A stretch of 64,000 nucleotides of DNA from Torpedo marmorata. Lineage: Eukaryota. The stretch spans positions 29,698,001 to 29,762,000 of the forward strand of contig OZ360239.1 in NCBI GenBank assembly GCA_977017645.1, written 5' to 3'. The notes under the pieces are model-generated. The model was not told the DNA's origin, made no database searches, and saw only the letters and a program-made list of their open reading frames with translations. Shown piece after piece: positions 38,809-50,743 of this stretch (its first letter is position 1; every line of letters begins with the position of its first letter). A program made the translations under genes and the position numbers.

Positions 38809-39255
38809 CCAACCGTCCGCCAAGCTCGAGCACCAAGCACGCACAACACAAGCCCAAAATCAACAGTCTCCAATGGACAAGCGGCAGCTCAACCAAACTT
38901 CGTTCAAACCAAATAAATACAGAAGGAATCCACCAATGTAATCCTACCGCTTCTGATGGCTGTGACGTGCTGCTGTCAACGAGCGAGTTTCCACCACAGC
39001 AGAGTCAATGATATCGCTGTGATTCTCGGCAAATGACTCTGCCAGCGTGTACATAAGTCATTCTGCTCTAGGATCAGAAGCCCTGGACCCCTCTGTGACC
39101 GATGCTCAGACCGATGGAGGCGGATTGCTGTCAGCGGCCTGCACTCGGCATTTCCAACATGGCCGCCATATTGTTTTCAGTGTCGCTCCAAACCAAAGAG
39201 GGATGTTCCAACAATGTCCAATTCAATCCTGTTCAATATTTTCTGTTGACTAAAA

Positions 39256-39699
39256 TGTAGCGACTACTATCCATAAAAAAAAGCCACTCGGAGGCTAAGT
39301 GGGCACTTTACTGTGACACGTTAGAACAAATTCATATCGAAGTCCAGTTGCGTTTAAAACTGTTTATTGGTGAATCCAAAAGGACTCATAACGTGGTAAC
39401 GATCATGAACTGGGTAACGATAACGTCTAACGATAACGTTCCTGATAATATCGTAACGTCCTTGCTAATGGTCAACGGAAAATATCGGAACCCGACGCAC
39501 CCACCGTCTATCCCGCCATACCAGTCAACTCGGGCTAATTAAAATCCAACCGCGCGAAACCCACACGCATGCGCCAACCATCCGCTGTGAATAGCGCGTG
39601 CGCACCGGCAGCGACAGAACGCGCGCAGCCTCCGGACCCCGGAACACCGCCGATGCCCGCAGCCAAACCATCACAAACAATACACTTTTGGCTCCTACA
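39256..39699 (-). repeat. 5' LTR of the BEL/Pao element
   Basis: Direct repeat of 32407-32838 with several substitutions and indels. TG..CA ends. Confidence 0.92.
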
Positions 39700-39850
39700 T
39701 GCAGCATTGGTTCACCAGGATATTAACTTTAGGCGTGGATGATAAAATCTAAATATTGGAACAGAGAATGCCTGATCAATATAGATTCAGGAGTTACTGC
39801 ACATAGAAAATTAGAATACAGAACATTTTGCTTCAAAGAGTACTTGGGAT

Positions 39851-41825
39851 AAAAATTTTTAAAGATTTAAAGTTTATTATTAGGAAATTTTTATGGAAAG
39901 GGAAGTTAGCAAGAGTGAGTATGGATAAGTTAACATGGAATTATGAGATGGGAGGATTGCAACTTCCCAATTTTCAATATTATTATAAAGCAGCTCAATT
40001 AAAATTTGTTAATGAATTTTTTGATTTAACTAAAACTTCTGCCTGGGTTAATATAGAATTGAATAATATAGGAGAAAATTATAAAGAGGATATTATCTAT
40101 AAGTGGAATTCTAAATTATTATTAGTAAGAAAGAAAAATTCACCGATTATTAAACATTTGTTGGAAATATGGACACAGGTAGATAAAGAAATAGGTGGGA
40201 AAGGGTTAATTTCTTTAAATATGCCATTATATCAAAATCCACTTTTACCATTTACTATGAATAATCAGTTACTGAAAGTATGGTTTCAAAAAGGAATTAA
40301 GAATTTTAAAGATTGTTTTGAGGCTGGAAGATTTGTTACGTTTCAAAGATTGAAGGAAAAATTTAATGTACTAGATAATACATGGTTAGCTTATTATCAA
40401 GTTAAAGCTTTTTTGATTGAGAAATTAGGAGATGATTTGATTGCTCCAAGACAAAATGAGTTAGAACTATTAATAACTAAAGCAAATGTTAATAAGTTTA
40501 TTTCTCAAATGTATAAATTATTTCAGAGAAAAATGCCTAAAGTAGGATTACATAAATCAAGATTAAAATGGGAATTAGATTTAAATGTTAATATAGCTGA
40601 ACATCATTGGAAAGATTTATGTAAATTAAGTATGACTAAAGTTTATCATTTCTTTTTGAAAATTTGGAGCCCATATATGAGAATTATGGGTATGAATTAA
40701 TTCTCTAGAAGTTGGTACCGCTGGCAAAAATAACCTCCAATATATAAATAGATTTAGCTTGTAATTTGTTTTCTCCTCACTTTAACTCTAATTCTTTATT
40801 ATTCAACTCTTTTCTTTTTTTTTCTTTATAACTAACATTCTTTTTTTTTTCTTCTTTCTTTTTTTTTAGAATAGTGCTAGGGGGGTTGGGGAGGGGAGGG
40901 TGGGAGGGGGGGAGGTAATATATCACATGTATTTTAAATGATATACTATTTTTGATTCATGTATTTTGTGATTTAAAATTTAAATAAAATTATAAAAATA
41001 AAAAAAAAGTATGACTAAAGTTATTAATGTTAGATACAGATTAGTACAATATAATTTTTTCCATCAATTATATTTAAAACCAAAAAAATTAAAGAAATTT
41101 AATCCGACATTATCGGATTTGTGTTTTAGATGTAAGAGTGAAGTAGGTTCTTTTGTTCACTCTACATGGTTATGTCCAAAAATTCAAGATTTTTGGTTGA
41201 AAGTTAAGAATTTTTCAGATAGAGTTTTTAATGTTATGTTTCCAATGGATCCTATGTTATTTTTATTTGGAGATATTAGAAAATTTAGTACTAGGAATAG
41301 ATTGAATATGTATCAGGTAGAATTTTTACGAATTGCTTTAGCTGTCTCAAAAAAATGTATTGCTATTACTTGGAAATCAGATTTAGATTTAAGTTTAGAC
41401 AGGTGGCATGCAGAACTTTGTTCGTGTATTCCTCTGGAAAAGATTACTTATAATTTACGCAATAAGTATCATTCTTTTTTAAAAATTTGGAGCCCATATA
41501 TGAGAGTTATGGGTTTAAGGATTTGAAATCTCTAGATATCAGGTCTATTGGCGAGTTTAACCTCCATGATAAAATTAGTTTGTAGATAGTTCTCCCCTTA
41601 CTATTAATCTATTTTTCTTTTTCTTTCTTTTTTTTTTTTACTATGTATTTTTTATTATTCTCTTTTTTTTTTAGAATAGTGGGGATGGAGGGGTTAGGGA
41701 AGGGAGGGAGGGTGTGGGGGGAGGAAATATATATCACCTGTATTTTGGAAACTACATATTTTGATTTATGTATTGTGTGATTTAAAAATTTAAATAAAAT
41801 AATAAAAATTTTAAAAAAAAAATAA
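39851..41825 (+). mobile_element. 5'-truncated L1 containing a nested L1 3' end
   Basis: ORF2 pieces 39828..40700 and 41011..41526 plus poly(A). TSD AAAGAGTACTTGGGAT at 39835 and 41826. Confidence 0.9.
40644..41006 (+). mobile_element. Short L1 3' end nested in L1
   Basis: Near-identical to 57942-58300. 16-bp TSD AAGTATGACTAAAGTT at 40628 and 41007. Confidence 0.9.
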
Positions 41826-44714
41826 AAAGAGTACTTGGGATCAAATCATTCGAAAATTATATGGAAACTTGAATCATTGGAAAATGCAGGGCCAGGAAGA
41901 AAATGATGCTGTGGATTAGTCCAAACTGCTCCAGTAAAGAGCATACCCAGTTAAACAGAATGGTAAACATTTGTGACATATGCAACTTTGCTTCTTAAAA
42001 AGTTTCAAGTCATCAAAAAAAAACTTACTACTTCAAATTTGTGGGCATTTTTTGGTGGAATACATTGTTCATCCTCTGATCTGATTGGTGTTTAGTTCTA
42101 ACAAAAAACTGAAATGATACATATTGATCAGCTCCAGACTCTATTTAAAAATGATCTTTCTTGACAAAAAGTTATGACAGGACACTGGGTTAATAAAAAA
42201 GAGCTTGTATACATTAATGTAAACCAAGTATATGCTAATCATGGAAACATGAGAGCCTGCAGATGTTGGAATCTCGAGCAAAAAACAATCTGCTGGAAGA
42301 ACTCAGTGGGTCGAGCAACATCAGTGGAGGAAAGAGGAATATGTTAACGAATGCTATTTCCAGTAATTAAGAGTAAATAGTTCATGAATTCCACATTGAC
42401 TTACAATTGAATTACCAATTAGGATGCTACAGTTAAGGTAAGTTTCTAAATTCTGTTTTACTCCACATTTAAATCTTAATCTGGTTTTCCACAATTTTAG
42501 TTAAAATCAAGTATTAATTACTGCACTAGAGAATGGTATCAATGAATAAAAAGTGTAAAATAATTTGCTAGAAACTAGATTCGAAGAATTTCCACAAAAT
42601 TAAGTGATCATATGTCTGCAAATAAAAGAAATAACCTCTTTTAAAGCGCATTAAGTTGGCACATGGAAAGAAAATAAGTTGCAAAGAAAATAAGAAAATA
42701 TTATATAAATGGACAACTATCCTTAAATTCCTTCCACTGCACCATAATTAAACTGCATGATTTAAAATGGTCATTTGCACTGAAATTGAAACAGTATTAT
42801 TAGCTTAAATTCATCCGAGAGAATGAACTGTTGAATGTTTTTAAATTCAATCATTAATGGAAGAGTTCTACTTCCAGTTAACACTGCGATATTATAGTGT
42901 TATAAGCTCTATTACAACAGTGATCTCACATAAATCACTCCCAGTTTATAATGATTTTAACAGGTTTCCAAAAACATGCTGTAAAGTAGCTACTGTAGTT
43001 TCACATAAACCATGCACCCAATTGTTAAATACACTATGTATGATAAATAGCCGCATCAGGTTCACTGATAATCACTTAGAATGGCATCTAAAATACCAGG
43101 CATTCAAATTCCCACCAACCTTTGATGCACATCAAAAACATCAATTTCACCAAGTTGTTGACATGCATTAGTTTATGCTGTGGCTTCACGGAGAAAGCAG
43201 AGCATCACTCGTCACCATCACAAGCAGCATTTTTAATGAAAGGGGCATAAAGATGTCAACTCCTCAATCAAATTCTTCCATATTTCCGTCATGGTTCAAT
43301 TTATTACTCTCCTTCCAAGAGCCACTATCATTGCAACACACCTTGGCACATTTGAGCAGCTACAGTAGGTGCAAACACATTTTCATTAATTGGATCTCAA
43401 TGTGCCTGGCAAGGTACAGTGTTCAAATTTCATTGATACCTACCATTTTATAATTTAGAGAATCAACATGAGGTTAGAACTACTGGCAAAAAAAAATTAT
43501 CTTTGTATTTTCATTTCATCTCTCTTCAGATAAAATGCAGCACATGTCTGAAGAACTTAAACAAGCTTTTCAGAATTTTTAACAACTTACAGTCAAAATA
43601 ACATTTCATTAACATATCTGACCAAAGGATAGTTTGCTGTGAATGACAACAGTCACAAAATATTCATAATATTAAAATGTTACTAAAAATGCAATTGAAG
43701 AGTAAAGAGAAATTAGGAGTGAAAACTCTAATTCCAACGAGATTGAGAATTAGCAAACATTTTGCAGCAAGCAGCTTTGAGTGACATTAGTTTTTTAAAA
43801 TTTAACTAGTTTGCACAGTATCATTAAGAGTATCTTTGCTGAGAGAAAACTTCGCAGTCTGTGCAGTGTGCTACATTTTCAATGAAAAATTAGCTGCAAG
43901 AATGCTTCATGTCAGCCATGTTTCTGACCATTGTTAATGTTTTCAAACACAAGTAGTGAGGGAAGAATTTCAAGTAAACTCTAAGTGGATGTATATTTGA
44001 AACAAAAGAAAGGTCGTCAAAAAGGGAAAAGAGTCAGCATGTACAACAGATTAATGATTACTGCGATGGCTATTGATCATACAAAGTGTAACATTAATCT
44101 TCATCTTATAAAACAGCGCAACAATGGAAGTCCAATTACATTAGTTAATTACACTCCCTTTCCATCCCGCAGCATCTTCAAATGCAAGTGCTAAAGAAGC
44201 AACATCTATCTGTGAACCTTCTCCCTTCCAACTACCCTGGATCCAAAGCAATTAGATGAAACATTTTACTTCAAATGACCACAAGCATCCAGGCACCTGT
44301 CACTTTAATTATCTACCAACCCTTGCTCTGCCTGTCCATCCTTAACTTCCCAGGAAGTTCTCATTAAAGTTAGCGCAAGTTTGCAATACAGACTATCTCT
44401 TGTTAGGAACATACAGCTTGTACCATTTATAACTTGCCAAGACAATTTTAAAATTACTTAAATCACCATTCCCAATGTCATTACACAATCATCTCATTCA
44501 ATGCCTCTCATCACCTCCTGATCTTTCATAAATATTCCCTTTTACAGTTTCTTCCACTTCCCATTTCTACAGCTGCACCTGATCAAATATTGATTTGTTT
44601 CTTCAGATTCTCTAGCTTGGATAAAGGTTCTGAGATCTTAACAGTCTTCCTATCTATAGATATTCTCTGACCTGCTGAGAAATTCCTACAGTGTTTTTTA
44701 TATTTCAGATAAAA

Positions 44715-46564
44715 GTGGATGCTGAGGGTGAGAACAAGGGTGTTTAAGGCCGAGGATCGGGACCTTTACAAGAAGTCCAGGCACGACCTGCGGAAGGCCA
44801 TCTCTGAAGCAAGGTGGCAATTCCGGAGGAAGCTAGAGACAGAGACAGATACACGCCAGCTATGGCAGGGAGTGCAGGCCATTACAGCCTACAAAGCGAG
44901 GGCGAACAATATAGACGGCTGTGATGCTTCACTACCCGATGAGCTGAACACCTTCTATGCCTGCTTTGAAAACAAGAACCTAACAGTGCCTACTAGAATC
45001 CCTGAAAAGGCTGAGGACCCTGTGATATCTGTCACTGAGGGCGACGTCAAAACATCGTTCAAGAGGGTGAACTCTCGCAAGGTGTCAGGCCCTGACGGCG
45101 TACCTGGCAGGGTACTGAAAATCCGCACCAACCAACGAGCCGGAGTGTTCACGGACATTTTCAACCTCTCATTGCGGCAGTCAGAGGTTCCCACCTGCTT
45201 CAAAAGGGCATCAATCATCCCGGTACCCAAGAAGAGTAGTGTGGGCTGCCTCAACGACTACCGCTCAGTAGCACTAACTTCTACTGTGATGAAATGCTTT
45301 GAGAAGCTGTTCATGGCCAGAATTAACATGTACCTCAGCAAAAATCTGGACCCACTGCAATTCACTTATCGTCACAATCGCTCCACAGCAGATGCAATAT
45401 CGCTGGCTCTCCACTCAGCTCTGGATCACCTCGAAAACAGCAATTCATACATACGGCTGCTCTTCATCGACTACAGCTCGGCCTTCAATACCATTATTCC
45501 CTCAGTGCTGGTCAAGAAACTACAAACTCTAGGCATCTGTACCCCCCTCTGCAAATGGATCCTTGACTTTCTCATCGGAAGACCACAGTCAGTACGAATT
45601 GGAAACAATGTCTCCTCCTCACTGATTATCAACACAGGCACACCCCAAGGATGCGTGCTTAGTCCACTGCTCTACTCGTTATACACCCATGACTGTGTGG
45701 CCAGGCACAATTCCAATGCCATCTACAAGTTTGCCGATGACACCACAGTTGTCGGCAGAATCACAAACGGCAATGAGGAAGCATACAGGAGGGAGATAGA
45801 TCAGCTCGTTGAATGGTGTAACGACAACAATCTTGCGCTCAATGTCAGCAAAACCAAGGAGATGATTGTGGACTTCAGGAGGAAGTCAGGGGAACACGAC
45901 CCAGTCCTCATCGAGGGCTCAGTAGTGGAGAGGGTCAAGAACTTCAAATTCCTGGGTTTCAACATCTCCGAAGATCTGTCCTGGAGCCTCCACGTTGATG
46001 TAATCACAAAGAAGGCTCGCCAGCGGCTATACTTTGTGAGGTGTCTGAGGAGATTAGGTATGTCACCAAAGACTCAAAAACTTCTGCAGGTGTACCATGG
46101 AGAGCATTCTGGCTGGTTGCATCACTGCCTGGTATGGAGGCGCCAACTCTCAGGACAAGAATAAACTCCAGAGGGTTGTTAACTCGGCCTGTGACATCAC
46201 GGGCACCAGTGTTCACTCCATTGAGGACATCTACATGAGGCGGTGTCTTAAAAAAGCAGCCTTTATCCTCAAAGACCCCCACCACCCAGGCCATGCCCTC
46301 TTCACTCTGCTACCATCAGGAAAAAGGTACAGGAGCCTAAAGACGAGCACTCAACGGCACAAGGGCATCTTCTTCCCCGCTGCCATCAGATTCCTAAATA
46401 ATCAATGAACCAAAGACACTGCCTTACTTTTCGTGCACTATTATTTATATATATTTTTTATAGTAATGTCATAAGATGGTTATAATATGAATGTTTGCAC
46501 TATGATGCTGCCGCAAAACATCGAATTTCATGGCTTGTTCATGACAATAAATTCTGATTCTGAT
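44715..46564 (+). mobile_element. 5'-truncated Rex1/Babar LINE with largely open RT
   Basis: 481-aa ORF with [30 protein letters not shown] and KFADDT. Tail CAATAAATTCTGATTCTGAT. Confidence 0.93.
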
Positions 46565-49500
46565 GTACACATGACAATAAACAATTCAATTCTAGATATC
46601 TCACATCTGGAGTATTTTGTGCTATGTTAATCTTAGGCACACTGCTACATCTCTTCCAGGAATACTTACCTTGAAGTTGTTTTACTCTTCTCTATCATAG
46701 GATTTCCATTTGCTTCTTACTTGTCTCAGCTCCATTGGTTTCAGTTTCCTTCTAGGCATTGGCCAGACTTTCACCAATGTTCACTTTGAAAGCTACATCT
46801 TTTTCCTCAGCAATAATCATTATCTCAGATTTAAATCCACTGAAATGGCTTTAGATATCCCCATGATTACAGATGTCCCCAGCACTGCTCTTGTCTCACA
46901 CTGTGATCCATGCAGCATGGTCTCACCCTTTCAACTCAGCACCACTGACTTGCTCAGTATGATCTTGATCCACTGTTCAATTTCTTATTTAACCTCATCC
47001 AGAATTTTAACTCAAAACTTTTCTTTTTATTGGGTTTAAAAGATCACAAACTTTCACATACCTTTGATACCAATACCAATTTAGACCTTTCTTCCTCTTC
47101 ACTTTCCTGACCCCATTCTTCATATCCCATGTATTTTTACTATTCCTTCTCACCCACCACCCCTCTTTAAACTCTAGTAAATAACACTTTCTCAGAGTGA
47201 TCTTATTTCATACCCTCACACCATCCATATCTATGACTGTAGCTCAAATCACCTTTCCACTCGAATCCTTTCTCCCATCTTCAGAATTCTCAATCTACTG
47301 AGATGCATCTATTTTTTTCTCCAGACCTTTGTTATCACCATGCTGCCACTTTGCACTGGCCGTCACAATTTTTCTTCTCCACTCACTTAATCTCACCTAT
47401 TAATTCAAGAGGGTGATCCCTCGCAAGGCGTCAGGCCCTGACGGCATACCTGGCAGGGTACTGAAAATCTGCGCCAACCAACTAGCCGGAGTGTTCACGG
47501 ACATTTTCAACCTCTCATTGCGGCAGTCAGAGGTTCCCACCTGCTTCAAAAGGGCATCAATCATCCCGGTACCCAAGCAGAGTAGTGTGGGCTGCCTCAA
47601 CGACTACCGCCCAGTAGCACTAACTTCTACTGTGATGAAATGCTTTGAGAGGCTGGTCATGGCCAGAATTAACACGTACCTAAGCAAAGATCTGGACCCA
47701 CTGCAATTCGCCTATCGTCACAATCGCTCCACAGCAGATGCAATATCGCTGGCTCTCCACTCAGCTCTGGATCACCTCGAAAACAGCGATTCATACATAC
47801 GGATGCTCTTCATCGACTACAGCTCAGCCTTCAATACCATTATTCCCTCAGTGCTGGTCAAGAAGCTACAAACTCTAGGCCTCTGTACCCCACTCTGCAA
47901 CTGGATCCTTGACTTTCTCATCGGAAGACCACAGTCAGTACGAATTGGAAACAACGTCTCCTCCTCCTCACTGATTATCAACACAGGCGCACCCCAAGTA
48001 TGCGTGCTTAGCCCACTGCTCTACTCGTTATACACCCATGACTGTGTAGCCAGGCACAATTCCAATGCCATCTACAAGTTTGCCGATGACACCACAGTTG
48101 TCGGCAGAATCACAAACGGCAATGAGGAAGCGTACAGGAGGGAGATAGATCAGCTCGTTGAATGGTGTAATGACAACAACCTTGCGCTCAACGTCAGAAA
48201 AACCAAGGAGATGATTGTGGACTTCAGGAGGAAGTCAGGGGAACACGACCCAGTCCTCATCGAGGGCTCAGTAGTGGAGAGGGTCAAGAACTTCAAATTT
48301 CAAAAAACTTTGGCACATATTAAAAAATTGAAAGTAGATATAGCTTTTTTACAGGAAACACATTTGACTGATAAGGAACATCAAAAGTTAAAGAGAGAAT
48401 GGGTGGGACATGTAGTAGCTTCATCTTTTAATTCTAAAGCGAGAGGTGTAGCGATTTTAGTTAATAAAAAATTACCATTTAAAATACAATCAGTAGTGAC
48501 CGATATAGCTGGTAGATATGTTTTAGTACATTGTCAAATTTATTCAGAAACATGGACTTTTTTTAATCTATATGTTACAAATCCAGATGATGAACAATTT
48601 ATTCAAGATACTTTTTTACATTTATCTGAGGCTAAGGAAAATATTTTAATTGGTGGAGATTTTAATTGTTGTCTTAATGCAAATGTGGACAAAACTACTA
48701 GAACATCTGTTAGACCTAAAATAGTTAAAAGAATTATTAATTTAATGGATGACCTGAATTTGGTAGATATCTGGAGGAAGTTAAACCCTAGAGAAAAAGA
48801 TTATTCATTTTATTCTTTTAGACATAATTCATTTTCAAGGATTGATTTGTTTTTGATATCTTCACAAGTTCAGGACAGAGTAACTCAAATATCTTATAAA
48901 GCAAGAATAATCTCAGATCATTCACCTTTGTTAATGACATGTATAATTCCAGAGAAAGAAAAAACTGTATATAATTGGAGATTAGATTCTTCTTTATTAA
49001 ATAGAAAAGACTTTTGTGAATATATAAGAAAAGAAATTCAGGAATTTTTAAGAATTAATAATAATTCAGTTAATGATAGATTTATAATTTGGGAATCTTT
49101 AAAAGCATATTTAAGAGGTTTGATAATAAGTTTCTCGGCAAAAATTAGAAAAGATTATTTGAATGAAGAAGAAAAATTGGAAGGGGAGATTGAACTTATG
49201 GAAAAAGATTTTCAAAGAAATAAAACAATTTTTAAGAGACAACGTTTAATTAGGAAAAAACTGCATTATAATATATTACAAACACGAAAAATAGAAAAAT
49301 TAATTGGTAGAACAAAACAAAGATATTATGAATTGGGAGAAAGAGCACATAAAGTTCTAGCATGGCAATTAAAAAAAGAACAAGTTTCTAAAATTATAAA
49401 TGCTATAAGAAAAAAAAGTACTGGTGAAATAACTGATAAACCTCAAGAAATAAACGATTCCTTTAGAGAATATTATCAGAATTTATACACTTCACAGATT

Positions 49501-50615
49501 GATCAAGATGTTACAAAAATTGATAATTTTTTATCTAAAATTACATTGCCTAAATTAAATAATTTTAATAGAGATTTGTTAGATTTACCTATTACAATGA
49601 GAGAAGTAGTTGAAGCTTTATCGACATTGAAAAGTGGTAAATCTCCTGGTGATGATGGATTTCCGATAGAGTTTTATAAGAAGTTTAAAGATTTACTGAT
49701 ACCTATATATATTGTTATGGACCATGACTGACCATTTGGACTGCGGACAGTTAGCAGGAAGGATGAATTCTTTTGGAGTATACACTGGGGCCAGGAACTG
49801 AAAGAGTTAACTTCCCCAGCTACTTGGTGTACCCAGACAAGATACATTGTTGCACACTTTTGATGTACCCAGACAGAGAGAGACAGAGAGAGACCAGAGA
49901 GAGCCTGGACAAGATACATTTGTTTCACTTCTGCAAAAAGCAGGGGCAGATCTCTGCAAAGCAGACAGTTGTGAGTTGCAAGGCTACAGAAGAGCCAGAT
50001 CCAGGTTTGTGTGCAAAAGTCAGAGAAGGACTGACAGAATAGCACATGGCCTCCTGTCTCAGAGAAAAATTCTGAGAATAGCAACTTCTGTGGAGAACAG
50101 GCGTGAGATCAGCGAGACAAGCTGTGAGATTCAAGCATACGCCTAAATCAGTGGTATACTGATCTGGAACTTGCAATCCTTATGAACCTACAAGAAGGGG
50201 ACGTCATCAGAGAAGGAAACAAGTATTTGTAAGCATAACAGTCATTGTCTCTCTCCAACGTTCATTCAGAAGTACTTCTACCAGACCCAGAGTTGAAGTG
50301 AAGCCTGAACTTAGAGAGTGAATCTTGTGGACTGTTTATCTTTTTTTTTGACTGACTTGTTGTTTTATGACTGACCTGGAGTTTTTGGGGAAAGTTTTTC
50401 CATTTTTTCATAAGGGTTGGGCACAGACTGTAATGGTCTGGGCTTTACACACACACACATACACCTTTTAGATAAGAATAGAGTTTATAGACGTTTATAG
50501 TGGGGTTAATTGTTGTGAAATTATATGTTTACTTGTGTTTAATAAATAATAATTTCAATTTTTACCCCTTTTGCATTGCGTCTTCTGTCGTTGCTGGTTT
50601 GATTCAGTAACAAAT

Positions 50616-50638
50616 TGGGGGCTCGTCCGGGATTTGAA
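50616..50638 (+). promoter_or_regulatory. Primer binding site, tRNA-Pro
   Basis: TGGGGGCTCGTCCGGGATTTGAA is complementary to the 3' end of vertebrate tRNA-Pro. Confidence 0.92.
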
Positions 50639-50743
50639 TCAAAATCCATCTTGGTAATTGAAGGAATCCCAGTTTGGTTTAAGGCATTCCTTTTGGTAAA
50701 GCTAATTAAAAGCTAGTGTGTGTGTAACAAAAAACCAGCAACA

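Larger units (their letters stand above)
32407..39699 (-). mobile_element. Non-autonomous BEL/Pao LTR retrotransposon carrying a captured ZNF598 cDNA
   Basis: Direct LTRs TGTAG...CTACA at 32407-32838 and 39256-39699. 5-bp TSD TGCAG at 32402 and 39700. PPT-like GGGGGCCGGTAT next to the 3' LTR. BEL-type gag with three zinc knuckles; no pol. Confidence 0.92.

Noticed and set aside
38180-38941. 253-aa plus-strand ORF
   Set aside because: Antisense shadow of BEL gag with no independent features.
49674-50176. Several 80-140 aa ORFs repeated at 25.9 kb, 49.8 kb and 54.9 kb
   Set aside because: They lie within LTR copies, so recurrence reflects LTR identity. No domain is recognisable.
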